The position numbers were made by a program, and so were the translations under genes. Under the pieces are notes generated by a model that worked only from the letters and a program-made list of their open reading frames with translations, was not told the DNA's origin and did no database searches. Of a stretch of DNA of 64,000 nucleotides, positions 48,496 to 57,673 are shown in pieces. Position 1 is the stretch's first letter. Every line of letters starts with the position of its first letter. The DNA comes from Clostridia bacterium (GTDB lineage: Bacteria; Bacillota; Clostridia; UMGS1883; UMGS1540): positions 24,360 to 88,359 of the forward strand of contig JAFSCR010000029.1 of assembly GCA_017436645.1 (NCBI GenBank). Reading direction: 5' to 3'.

Positions 48496-49863
48496 CTAGA
48501 GTTCTTCTGCAAGGGTCCGCCGTTTTTCCCACTTTGCGGACAGGAAATAGATAAGGCCGGGAACAGCAACACCGTAAGGTGCCAGGGCATAACCGAGAAC
48601 AGCACCGTAAAAGCCCATACGAAGTCCCAAACCGAAAAGCCAGGCAAGGCCGATACGCAAAACGACGGCATCCAGCATGGAAAGCACAAGACCGAGACGG
48701 GCATTGCCGATGCCCTGAATAAAGCCGCTCGTCCCCCGCATAACCGCAAGAGCAGGGAACAGCCACAAAATACCTTTTATAAAGGTTCCTGCCATATCAT
48801 GCACGAGAGGGTCATCGGAGAAAATCATGAACAGTTCTTTTCCGAAACCGCCATAAAGTGCCATACAAAAAGTTGTGAAAACAAGAGAATAAACAAGGGA
48901 CCAGCGCACAACCTTTTTTGCCCTTTCCTTCTCTCCGGCGCCAATGTTCTGGCTGACCATGGGTACCACGGCATACTGAATACCGAGGGAAAGTTTATTG
49001 ACCATATCGTCAATGCGGAGGCCGACGCCAAAGGTGGCAGACGCCACAACGCCGACGCTGTTAATAATGGCACTTACAAAAAGCATGGAAATATTAATTA
49101 CACCGGACTGGATGGCCATAGGTATACCGAGGCGGAGAATCATACCGGCATAGGCTTTATCCGGCGAAAGGTTTTCTTTTTTGAAATCAAGACTGAAGGC
49201 CTCTCTTTTTTTATAGAGATAATAAACGGAAAAGAGAAAGGAAACACCTTGCCCGATGACCGTGGCCCAGGCGGCACCCCGCACACCCCATCCCCAGAGG
49301 CCTGTAAACACATAGTCTAAAACGAGGTTAATGACGGAAGCGATGCCAATGAATAAAAGCGGTCTTTTTGAATCACCCATACCACGGAGAACGGCACTTA
49401 CCATATTGTACCCTGCCGTAAAGACAAGTCCGCCGCCGCATATGGCCAGATACTCCCCACCCATCCCGAGGGATTCAGCGGGCATTTTCAAAATATGCAA
49501 AACAGGATACCGAAAGACCAAAAACAATGCGGAAAGCGCTGCCGCAAGTGCCATAACCATATAAAAGAGTGTAGAAAAAATGCTTGTGATTTTATCCCGT
49601 TTTCCACCGCCTATGGCCTGAGAAATGAGAACTTGCCCCGCATTGGCAATCCCCAGACAAACAAAGGCGGCAAAGTTTACAATCTGGCTTGACTGGGCAA
49701 CCGCGGAAAGGCCTGCCGTACCTACGTATTTCCCCACAATAATCATATCAATGGTGCTGTAAAACACCTGCAGTGCATTGGAAAGCATAAAGGGAATCAT
49801 AAACCAGAATAGTTTTTTCGGAATGCTCCCTTTTGTAAAATCTTTTGTCGCTGCACCTGCCAT
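48496..49863 (-). CDS. MATE-family efflux transporter
   Basis: Contains KKLFWFMIPFMLSNALQVFYSTIDMIIVGKYVG and 12 TM segments. Start at ATG 49863 after AGGAG. Confidence 0.88.
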   Translation of the reverse strand: MAGAATKDFTKGSIPKKLFWFMIPFMLSNALQVFYSTIDMIIVGKYVGTAGLSAVAQSSQIVNFAAFVCLGIANAGQVLISQAIGGGKRDKITSIFSTLFYMVMALAAALSALFLVFRYPVLHILKMPAESLGMGGEYLAICGGGLVFTAGYNMVSAVLRGMGDSKRPLLFIGIASVINLVLDYVFTGLWGWGVRGAAWATVIGQGVSFLFSVYYLYKKREAFSLDFKKENLSPDKAYAGMILRLGIPMAIQSGVINISMLFVSAIINSVGVVASATFGVGLRIDDMVNKLSLGIQYAVVPMVSQNIGAGEKERAKKVVRWSLVYSLVFTTFCMALYGGFGKELFMIFSDDPLVHDMAGTFIKGILWLFPALAVMRGTSGFIQGIGNARLGLVLSMLDAVVLRIGLAWLFGLGLRMGFYGAVLGYALAPYGVAVPGLIYFLSAKWEKRRTLAEEL

Positions 49864-49874
49864 TTTCCTGCTCC

Positions 49875-50720
49875 TTACTGCTGCTTTTCCAGCCATTCTC
49901 TGTAGTATACATCCGAAACGGTTTCCGTTTTGAGAAAACGAACCACGTCGCAGAGCCTTTCGGTAGAATATTCCACCATACTGCGGGCAATGCCTTCGCT
50001 CATCCCCTCATGGGCATCCCCTGCATAGGAATTGGGATAATCGCCCATCCAGGCAAAGGGTGTGGAAATTTTCTTTTCAGCGAAACCGTCAAACCGATGG
50101 GTGCTTTGACCGCTTTCGGCGTTTATTTTATCAAGGCGGACTGTTTCGGGCCTTACGCCGTACACCCAGCCCGTTTCAATAAAGCAGGCGTGCCCGTACC
50201 GTTTTTTCTCCGCCATATATGCCTTTAAGGTTTCTTTGTCCTCTCGGGTAAGATAATCATAGTTTTTCTCAAGAAGCTTCTTGGGTGTGGCAAAATCCGA
50301 GCCGAGGCTGTAGGTATACACCGTAAAGTCCTCTTTTTCATAAAGGACGCTTCTGGAAAAAGCGGAAAGCATATCGCTGTTTCCGCCGTGGCCGTTATAT
50401 AAAAGGATTTTCCGAAAGCCGTTTCTTGCAATTTCACGACAGGTTTCTCTCAGGATTTGAAGGCGAAGCTCCAGGCTGAAAATGACGGTGCCGCGAAACT
50501 CCCCGGCCCCCGTTTTTTCCCCAAAGTACATGGTTGGAAATATAACAAACGGTTCCCTCTCCGCCGCCCGTTTTGCAATTTCCGTAATATGAATCACATC
50601 TGTGCCCACAGGCAGATGCTGCCCGTGTTTTTCAAGGCAGCCTACGGGCAAAAGGCATACGCCGCAGGCTTCTTTTATGGCTTCTTCAAATTCTTCTTCC
50701 CTGAGGTTTTCCCAAAGCAT
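49875..50720 (-). CDS. Creatininase-family amidohydrolase
   Basis: Contains LLPVGCLEKHGQHLPVGTD and LLYNGHGGN motifs. Confidence 0.8.
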   Translation of the reverse strand: MLWENLREEEFEEAIKEACGVCLLPVGCLEKHGQHLPVGTDVIHITEIAKRAAEREPFVIFPTMYFGEKTGAGEFRGTVIFSLELRLQILRETCREIARNGFRKILLYNGHGGNSDMLSAFSRSVLYEKEDFTVYTYSLGSDFATPKKLLEKNYDYLTREDKETLKAYMAEKKRYGHACFIETGWVYGVRPETVRLDKINAESGQSTHRFDGFAEKKISTPFAWMGDYPNSYAGDAHEGMSEGIARSMVEYSTERLCDVVRFLKTETVSDVYYREWLEKQQ

Positions 50721-50775
50721 TGTTTTCCTCCCTCTCGGTCCTCTTCCATTTTTCCTAAATTATACCATAGAGAAA

Positions 50776-50809
50776 TAAAAAAAGCAACTTTCCATTTTGG
50801 AAAGTTGCC
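50776..50809 (-). terminator. Terminator after the AGCS symporter gene
   Basis: GCAACTTTCC-ATTTT-GGAAAGTTGC with A7 on the plus strand (U-run on the minus strand). Confidence 0.85.
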
Positions 50810-50816
50810 TTTTAAT

Positions 50817-52328
50817 TTATAATTTCTTTTCTTCCTCTTCCTGCACATCAGGGAAGGCAGAAAGCATGGGTTTTATATCTTTGTGTTTCAGATTTCGGTC
50901 AATATAGTTTCTCGTAATCTTGACAACAAGACCGGAAAGTGCGAGAACGCCGATAAGGTTCGGCACCATCATAAGACCGTTGAAGGTGTCGGAAATATCC
51001 CATGCAAGGGAAGATGTTAAAAGTGCGCCGAGGAAAATGGTGACAAGGTGAATCACCTTATATAGCTTTGTGCTCTTTGTGCCGAAGAGATATTCCCAGG
51101 CCTTTGTGCCGTAATGGTCCCATCCCAAAACGGTTGTGAAGGCAAAGAGCAAAATGGCAACGGCGATAAATCTTTCACCCCAGACGCCAAAGGGAATGGA
51201 GAAAGCTTTTGCCACAAGGTTTGCATCGGTTGCACCCTGTACCAGCACACCTGTTTCAAGATTGATAACACCGGAGGTGAGAACGACGAGTGCCGTCATG
51301 GTGCAGACGACCATGGTGTCTGCAAACACTTCAAAGATACCCCAAAGGCCCTGACGGACAGGTTCTACAACGTTGGAGTTGGAGTGTACCATAACAGAAG
51401 AACCAAGACCGGCTTCGTTGGAGAAAACGCCACGCTTACAGCCGAGCGTTACGATTTCTTTAACCGCAATACCTGCAGCACCGCCCCATACGGCAGGTCC
51501 CGTAAAAGCATATTTGAAAATAGAGGCAAAGGCCGCCCCGACTTGACTGAAGTTCTTGCCAATAATAAAGAGGCTTCCCAAAACGAACAGAACAACCATA
51601 AAGGGGACTACTTTTTCGGCAAAGTTTGCAATTCGCTTAAGGCCGCCGAGGATAATCAGCGCCGCAATAATAACGAGAACAATACCGATAACGAGATGGT
51701 ACATGGAAACATCGCCGAAGGGGATAGATGCGAGGGACGGAATTTGAAACGCTTCTACCACGTTTACAACAATCTTATTAATCTGGCCCATGGCACCGAT
51801 ACCGAAGGATGCTAAAATGGCAAAAACGGAGAAGAGCGCCGCCAGAATAATGCCGACCCATTTCATGCCGCGCATTTTGCCGAGCCCATCACGAAGATAG
51901 TACATGGCACCGCCGCTCCATTCGCCGTCCGCATTCTTTCTTCTGAAGTAAATGCCGAGGACATTTTCGGAGTAGTTGGTCATCATGCCGAGGAATGCCG
52001 CAATCCACATCCAAAATACCGCACCGGGCCCGCCGCCGACAATGGCCGCCGCAACACCGGCAATATTCCCTACGCCGATTGTAGCCGCAAGTGCGGTACA
52101 AAGCGCCTGAAACTGGGAAATGGATTTGCCCTTAACGTGGCCGGAAACGTCTTTGTGAAAGATTTTACCGATTGTCTGGGAAAACCAATGTCCGATGTGC
52201 GTAATCTGGAAAACGCCCGTAATCACGGTCATCACAAACCCCGTTATAAGGAGCAGATAAAGTCCCTTTCCCCACACGAAGCCGTTAATCGTGTCGTTAA
52301 ATTTTGCGAGTGATTCAAAAAAATTCAT
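50817..52328 (-). CDS. Alanine/glycine:cation symporter (AGCS family)
   Basis: Contains SQFQALCTALAATIGVGNIAGVA and FSNEAGLGS motifs. ATG at 52328 follows AAGGAGG. Confidence 0.92.
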   Translation of the reverse strand: MNFFESLAKFNDTINGFVWGKGLYLLLITGFVMTVITGVFQITHIGHWFSQTIGKIFHKDVSGHVKGKSISQFQALCTALAATIGVGNIAGVAAAIVGGGPGAVFWMWIAAFLGMMTNYSENVLGIYFRRKNADGEWSGGAMYYLRDGLGKMRGMKWVGIILAALFSVFAILASFGIGAMGQINKIVVNVVEAFQIPSLASIPFGDVSMYHLVIGIVLVIIAALIILGGLKRIANFAEKVVPFMVVLFVLGSLFIIGKNFSQVGAAFASIFKYAFTGPAVWGGAAGIAVKEIVTLGCKRGVFSNEAGLGSSVMVHSNSNVVEPVRQGLWGIFEVFADTMVVCTMTALVVLTSGVINLETGVLVQGATDANLVAKAFSIPFGVWGERFIAVAILLFAFTTVLGWDHYGTKAWEYLFGTKSTKLYKVIHLVTIFLGALLTSSLAWDISDTFNGLMMVPNLIGVLALSGLVVKITRNYIDRNLKHKDIKPMLSAFPDVQEEEEKKL

Positions 52329-52359
52329 TCTTTTTCCTCCTTCTTTGTGCCAAACGAAG

Positions 52360-52590
52360 TGAAAAAAACGGAGCTTTTGCAATACAAAAACTCCGCACAA
52401 AAAAGCCTTTTAAAACCTTTTTCTCCGTCCTTTTGCCTGAGAGATTAACCCGAAAACGGGCTTTACACCTTCGGCATCCTTTTGATTCCCTTGGGAACCG
52501 GGACTTCTCCGGAGCGCTATCTGTATGCAGTCACTGCTACTGCGCCTGAGAGCATTACTCCTTCGGCAAGGCATCCGCCTTTCTCCTGCA
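52360..52590 (-). promoter_or_regulatory. Tandem glycine riboswitch with a terminator expression platform
   Basis: Minus strand, aptamer 1: GGAGAA...GCCGAAGGAG.AA...CTCAGGCGCA. Aptamer 2: TCCGGAGAA...GCCGAAGGTG.AA...CTCTCAGGCAAAAGGACGGAG. These are followed by CGGAGTTTT...AAAAGCTCCG plus T7 (52397-52363). Confidence 0.85.
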
Positions 52591-52719
52591 CACTTCACTT
52601 AGCTACAATATGAATTTCTTTCATTATATCTGTTCTTTTTCTCCTTGTCAAGTATTTTGACAAATTCTTGCATTTTTCTTTGAATCGTATTATAATGATG
52701 GAGTAATTTTTCCTGCGAG

Positions 52720-53577
52720 GTGACACAGGTGCAGTATCTCTGGGTTTTATTCGTCCTTCTTTACGCCCTTTTCAAAGGCGCAAGGGACGGCATGAAAAAA
52801 GCGGCACTGGGGAAAAGCAGTGCCGACGAAATTCTGTTTTTTTATACGCTGATTGGGTTTCTTTTCATTCTCCCTTTTTCGGGGAATGCATTTTCTTTAA
52901 AACCCATTTATATTTTCTATGCCTTTATAAAAGCCGCAGTCGTCAGCCTCGGCTGGATTTTCTCCTATGCGGCGCTGAAAAAAATTTCCGTCAGTCTCTA
53001 CGGCATTATGGATTTATCGAGAATTCTTTTCGCCACCGCCTTTGGCGTATGGCTTTTGGGGGAAGCTTTTACCCTGCCGAAGGCAGTCGGGCTTGGTCTT
53101 GTGCTTTTAGGGCTTATCCTTGTCAACCTGCGACGGGAAAAAAGCGGCGGACTGACCGCCCTCACCCTCATTTTCACACTTGCAAACTGTATTCTCACCG
53201 CCGTATCCGAAACCCTTGACAAAGTGCTGATGCAGTATATGTCTTCTTCCCAGCTTCAGTTCTGGTTTATGCTTTTTATGGTGCTTCTGTACGGTCTTAT
53301 CCTGCTTATCAGAAGGGAGCGCATCTCCTTAAAATCTCTCAGAACAAACTACTGGATTCCCCTCATGAGCCTTTCCCTCATTGTGGGCGACAGGCTTTTA
53401 TTTGAGGCAAATGCCAGTCCACAAAGTGAGCTGACACTAATGACGGTGATTAAGCAGTCTTCTGTGATTGTCACCATTTTAATCGGCTATTTTGCCTTTG
53501 GCGAGCGCCGGCTTGCCTATAAGCTTCTGTGCGCCGGCATTACGGTGTCGGGCGTACTGGTTGCGGTTCTCTTGTAA
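52720..53577 (+). CDS. EamA/DMT-family transporter
   Basis: 285 aa with 10 predicted TM segments in two EamA-like halves. GTG start. Confidence 0.8.
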   Translation: MTQVQYLWVLFVLLYALFKGARDGMKKAALGKSSADEILFFYTLIGFLFILPFSGNAFSLKPIYIFYAFIKAAVVSLGWIFSYAALKKISVSLYGIMDLSRILFATAFGVWLLGEAFTLPKAVGLGLVLLGLILVNLRREKSGGLTALTLIFTLANCILTAVSETLDKVLMQYMSSSQLQFWFMLFMVLLYGLILLIRRERISLKSLRTNYWIPLMSLSLIVGDRLLFEANASPQSELTLMTVIKQSSVIVTILIGYFAFGERRLAYKLLCAGITVSGVLVAVLL

Positions 53578-53587
53578 AATGGGCTAT

Positions 53588-53622
53588 AAAAAAGGGCTGT
53601 AAAAAATTACAGCCCTTTTTGT
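53588..53622. terminator. Bidirectional terminator between the EamA gene and the HATPase-STAS gene
   Basis: GGGCTGT-AAAAAAT-TACAGCCC hairpin flanked by an A-run and a T-run. Confidence 0.8.
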
Positions 53623-53635
53623 TTGCGTTCAAGGT

Positions 53636-54661
53636 TTACTCGTCCTCTTTCGTATTGATAACGTGATTATACATTTTTGTGACGCTCTCGTTCATGTTAA
53701 CAGGCACAATCTTTATGTTTGGTTTTTGCTTTTTATAAAGCACAAAAATTTGATGTGCAAAGCCTTGCCCCATCCATTCTATATCTGCAAAGTCGAGCAC
53801 GACCTCTTGGAACTTTTCAAGGCTCATCAGAACCCTTTTTGCCTGTGACCTTGACACAGGTGAAGCATCAAAAATATTTTTAAGCGGAATAATGGTTTTT
53901 GAAAAGCCTCCGTTCACGTCTGCATATTTATCAAATACTTCCTTGCTCTTTTTATGTGTATAATTGGAAAGCTCCATATAAACCACGGTACCTTTTAAGA
54001 ACTTTTCCGAAACATCCACAATTCTCTTCCGGTCAAATTTATCGGCCATAAAGAGTTTGTCGCTTGAAAGAATATTAAAATAATCCATAAGCTTTGAACT
54101 AAAGAAAATGCCTTCTCCCGAATGATTGTCTTTATCTGTTGTGAGTTTCCCCTTAAACAGTTCGCAAATAGCATCGGATAGCGACGATAAGTTAAAATGG
54201 TTTTTAATTTTTTTAAAAATACCAACGCCGTCATCCCCGATGACAACGGCAGTTTTCATATAATTTCTTTTTACCAGAATATAAAGATTTTTTGCCTCGG
54301 AATGATCAATTACATTATTCACCATTTCGCTGAATGCATATTCCCAAATTTCCTGTACGTTTGGCGCCAAATCTGCAATATGATTTTTAAGGCTCATATT
54401 ATATATGTTTGTTTCGTTTTTAATTTCATTTTTGTTTTTGGAAAAATTATATTGAAAAGTGCTGTCCGTCAGTTCGTATGTTCCACGTTTTACCTTCTTA
54501 ATTACCTTTTCCTCGACCAACTGTTTCATATAAGTGTGCACAGTAGAACGGTTAATCCCAAAAGTTTCCGAAACAATCTGAGAGGGATTTTCAACGTTTT
54601 GATCTATTTTTTCAAGAAGATACAGTATGATTCCCCTCTTTTTTTCATCATTGAACCGCAT
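53636..54661 (-). CDS. Fusion protein: wHTH, GHKL/HATPase_c-like ATPase and a STAS-like (DUF4325) domain; AT-rich islet
   Basis: HTH (FGINRSTVHTYMKQLVEEKVI). ATPase motifs (EMVNNVIDHS, VIGDDGVGIF, GEGIFF). C-terminal VLDFADIEWMGQGFAHQIF is typical of DUF4325. Confidence 0.6.
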   Translation of the reverse strand: MRFNDEKKRGIILYLLEKIDQNVENPSQIVSETFGINRSTVHTYMKQLVEEKVIKKVKRGTYELTDSTFQYNFSKNKNEIKNETNIYNMSLKNHIADLAPNVQEIWEYAFSEMVNNVIDHSEAKNLYILVKRNYMKTAVVIGDDGVGIFKKIKNHFNLSSLSDAICELFKGKLTTDKDNHSGEGIFFSSKLMDYFNILSSDKLFMADKFDRKRIVDVSEKFLKGTVVYMELSNYTHKKSKEVFDKYADVNGGFSKTIIPLKNIFDASPVSRSQAKRVLMSLEKFQEVVLDFADIEWMGQGFAHQIFVLYKKQKPNIKIVPVNMNESVTKMYNHVINTKEDE

Positions 54662-54695
54662 ATTCGCACCTCTTTTCCTATTCTATTATACGAAG

Positions 54696-54724
54696 ATTCT
54701 ATCATATAATGCATACAATGTCAA
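54696..54724 (-). promoter_or_regulatory. Dedicated promoter of the HATPase-STAS gene
   Basis: On the minus strand: TTGACA (54724-54719), a 17-nt spacer, then TAGAAT (54701-54696). Confidence 0.6.
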
Positions 54725-54745
54725 CCGTTATTTGTTATAAACAAA

Positions 54746-54783
54746 AAGTTATTCGTTTTAAAATGTTTTAAAACGAATAACTT
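54746..54783 (-). terminator. Perfect 17-bp AT-rich inverted repeat (terminator- or operator-like) upstream of the islet promoter
   Basis: AAGTTATTCGTTTTAAA-ATGT-TTTAAAACGAATAACTT. On the minus strand it is followed by TTTTTGTTT. Confidence 0.55.
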
Positions 54784-54802
54784 TAGTAAGCGCAGCTTTA
54801 TA

Positions 54803-54841
54803 TCAAAAACCGGACAATGTTAAATGGTAACATTGTCCGGT
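54803..54841 (-). terminator. Terminator after the CofE-like gene
   Basis: CCGGACAATGTTA-AATGG-TAACATTGTCCGG 13-bp stem, with a U-run on the minus strand. Confidence 0.85.
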
Positions 54842-54845
54842 TTTA

Positions 54846-56033
54846 TCAATCTGCCATATTATCAAAATAACCCTGTACCAGTACAACGGGGGTGCCTTTA
54901 TCACCGGAGCCGCTTGTCAAGTCGCAAAGAGAACCGATAAGGTCAGTAAGCTGGCGGGGCGTTGTGCCCTGAGATGCCATGCTGCCTACGAGATTTGCAT
55001 CCTTCGCTTTAATTGCATTTTCAATTGCCTTTTTCAGTTCTTCACCGGAAAGGGCTGCAAAATCGTTATCGGCAAGGTACTTAAGCTTCAGCTCGTTGGG
55101 CGTACCTTCAAGACCTTTCGTGTAGGCAGGAGAAACAATGGGGTCTGCAAGCTCCCAGATTTTGCCCACCGGGTCTTTGAATGCGCCGTCGCCGTAAACC
55201 ATAACTTCAATATGTTTGCCGGTGCGGTCTAAAAGCTTTCGCTGAATATCTTCCACAAGGTCAAAGCATTCCTTGGGGAAGAGCTTAATGGTTTCTTCCG
55301 TGGCTTTGTTGGAGCCGAGAAGGCCGTACTGTGCATTATAGCCGCTGCCGTCAACAGATGCGGTCATCAGGTCATCAAGACCAAATACTCTTTCTGCCCC
55401 TGCCGCTTTTAAAATGCGCTTTGTACGGGCACGGGTGTGAATGTCACAGTTAATTACGTTTTTCGTGTAATCGAGAATCACTCTCGGATTATTGGCAAGA
55501 ATAATTTCTGCTTCTGCCCCGCAGGCACGGATAAGGTCACCATAGTATTTTACATAGTCCACGCCTGTGAAGGGATGCAGGTTTTCGCCGAAAAGCTCTC
55601 TGTATTTTGCTTCGCTTAAAACGTCCGAATACGGGTTTATGCCTGCTTCGTCCAGCTTATCAAGGGAAACGAGGGCATTGCCCACTTCGTCACTGGGGTA
55701 GTTCAGCATTAAAACGATTTTCTTTGCGCCTTTTGCAATACCACGAAGACAAATGGCAAAACGGTTACGGCTGAGGATGGGGAAAATGACGCCCACCGTG
55801 TCGCCGCCGAGCTTTGCCTTTACGTCCTTTGCAATGGCATCAACACTTGCATAATTCCCTTGTGCACGGGCCACAACGGATTCGGTGACCGCCACAACGT
55901 CCCTATTGCGAAGGGCAAAGCCTTCTGCTTCTGCCGCCTCGATAACGCTATTTACAACCATAGATGCAATATCGTCCCCTTCACGGATGATGGGGCAACG
56001 GATGCCTCTGGAAATTGTTCCTACTTTTCTCAT
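54846..56033 (-). CDS. F420-0:gamma-glutamyl ligase (CofE) family-like protein
   Basis: 395 aa. The N-terminal RGIRCPIIREGDDI...VVAVTESVVARAQG pattern resembles the CofE/F420_ligase fold. The assignment comes from motif memory only. Confidence 0.45.
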   Translation of the reverse strand: MRKVGTISRGIRCPIIREGDDIASMVVNSVIEAAEAEGFALRNRDVVAVTESVVARAQGNYASVDAIAKDVKAKLGGDTVGVIFPILSRNRFAICLRGIAKGAKKIVLMLNYPSDEVGNALVSLDKLDEAGINPYSDVLSEAKYRELFGENLHPFTGVDYVKYYGDLIRACGAEAEIILANNPRVILDYTKNVINCDIHTRARTKRILKAAGAERVFGLDDLMTASVDGSGYNAQYGLLGSNKATEETIKLFPKECFDLVEDIQRKLLDRTGKHIEVMVYGDGAFKDPVGKIWELADPIVSPAYTKGLEGTPNELKLKYLADNDFAALSGEELKKAIENAIKAKDANLVGSMASQGTTPRQLTDLIGSLCDLTSGSGDKGTPVVLVQGYFDNMAD

Positions 56034-56139
56034 AATTTAACCCTCCGAACTATTGACTTTTCGTTCTTTTATCATTATAATACAAATATAAACATAAGTA
56101 AAGTAGATAATACTTACCACTATGATAAGAGGTGCTTAT

Positions 56140-57027
56140 ATGAAAACGAAGCTGGATTATTACCGCATTTTCTATGAAACGGCACGCTTTTCTTCCTTTT
56201 CCTCGGCAGCACAGCATTTATATATTTCCCAGTCCGCCATTTCCCAATGCATTCATCAGCTGGAAACAGATTTGGGACTGCGGCTTTTTGCAAGGACAAG
56301 ACGAGGCGTTTCCCTCACGACCGAGGGTGCGCTCCTTTTTGAAAAAATCAGCACGGCTATGGAGGCAATAAGCCAGGGCGAAACCATAATGGAGCGGCTT
56401 CGCCATTTAGAAAGCGGCGCTCTCTCCATTGCCGCAGGTGACACGGTCACCTCCCATTATCTCATGCCGTATCTTGAAAAATTTCACGCCAATCACCCCG
56501 AAATCCGCATCGAAATGGCAAACTCCTATTCTGCCAACATGGTGCGGCTTGTAAAAGAAGGAAAGGCGGACCTTGCCTTTATTAATCTCCCCATGGAAGA
56601 TGAGGCCCTAACCATTGAGCCCTGTCTTGAAATTCATGATGTGTTCGTGGCAGGCAAAAACTTCAGAGCAAAAAAGAAATACACAGAAACGGAAATTGCC
56701 GAGCTGCCCCTGATTCTTCTCGAGAAAAATTCTTCAAGCCGCCACTATCTGGACACGGTTTTTTCTGAAAAAGGCGCCGAGCTTTCGCCCCAGATTGAAA
56801 TTGCCGCCCATGACCTTCTTCTCCGCTTTGCCGCCATTCATCTGGGCGTGGCCTGTGTGGTGGAGGAATTTTCAAAAGAAAGTCTTGCAAACGGGGACGT
56901 GCAAAAGCTTTGCCTCGCTTCGCCCCTGCCGCCTCGCCATATCGGCTGCGCCTACATAAAGGACAGACCCCTCTCCCTTGCCGCAAAAGCATTTTTGGAG
57001 CTTATACGGGGAGGGGAACAAGAATAG
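56140..57027 (+). CDS. LysR-family transcriptional regulator
   Basis: YYRIFYETARFSSFSSAAQHLYISQSAISQCIHQLE HTH motif. ATG at 56140 follows AAGAGGTG. Confidence 0.9.
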   Translation: MKTKLDYYRIFYETARFSSFSSAAQHLYISQSAISQCIHQLETDLGLRLFARTRRGVSLTTEGALLFEKISTAMEAISQGETIMERLRHLESGALSIAAGDTVTSHYLMPYLEKFHANHPEIRIEMANSYSANMVRLVKEGKADLAFINLPMEDEALTIEPCLEIHDVFVAGKNFRAKKKYTETEIAELPLILLEKNSSSRHYLDTVFSEKGAELSPQIEIAAHDLLLRFAAIHLGVACVVEEFSKESLANGDVQKLCLASPLPPRHIGCAYIKDRPLSLAAKAFLELIRGGEQE

Positions 57028-57033
57028 GACGAC

Positions 57034-57062
57034 AAAAGGACCGCATTGCGGTCCTTTTGTGT
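57034..57062 (+). terminator. Terminator after the LysR gene
   Basis: AAAGGACCGC-ATT-GCGGTCCTTT followed by a T-rich tract. Confidence 0.85.
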
Positions 57063-57100
57063 GTCGCAAGGATTATATTCAGCACGGCAGTCATAAAAAA

Positions 57101-57454
57101 TTAATTTGCATTGTTTTTGGCAGTTTTAATGGAAGCAATCAGCAAAATTCTAATGGTAGAACAAATTTTATTCAGACGTTTATATTGTGATGCATTAATA
57201 TAATTTGATTTATGCAGCATTTCAAGCCATTTTCCCGTTTCGCTTGCCTCTTTTAATGCGATTTCCAGTTTTGCAATGAAATCAGCTCTACTATGACCAT
57301 ATTTTGACTCGGCAATATTAGCGCATACGCTTGTGGCGCTTCGTCCGATCTGATTAGAAATTATAGTTTCTTTTTTATTTCGCAGTTCTTTTACTAAATT
57401 CAAAATTTCAACAGATAATTCCATCGAAAGATTTCCAAGTTTATCTTCTTTCAT
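57101..57454 (-). CDS. Four-helix-bundle protein (23S rRNA intervening-sequence protein family)
   Basis: 117 aa. The GRSATSVCANIAE...RADFIAKLEIALKEASETGKWLEML pattern is typical of this family. AT-rich. Confidence 0.8.
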   Translation of the reverse strand: MKEDKLGNLSMELSVEILNLVKELRNKKETIISNQIGRSATSVCANIAESKYGHSRADFIAKLEIALKEASETGKWLEMLHKSNYINASQYKRLNKICSTIRILLIASIKTAKNNAN

Positions 57455-57491
57455 ATCGGATTCACCTCTCTACTCAAAGTATACCATACAT

Positions 57492-57669
57492 TTGCACGAA
57501 GTGCAACATCATTGTTGCGAAGCAATACATCATTGATACGACGTATCACATCATTTGCGCAAAGGCGCAACATCGTTTTGTGTCCGCCAATGCGGAATGA
57601 TGTTGACCGCAAGCGGTCAAACAGTGTGCTCTCCTACGTTCGCAATGATGTTGTGTCCTGCGGACACAA
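57492..57669. repeat. Mirrored ACATCATT / AATGATGT motif array interleaved with variable mini-hairpins
   Basis: ACATCATT at 57506, 57527 and 57548; ACATCGTT at 57570. AATGATGT at 57596 and 57644. Unrelated 4-8 bp hairpins lie between the motifs. See findings. Confidence 0.75.
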
Positions 57670-57673
57670 ATAC

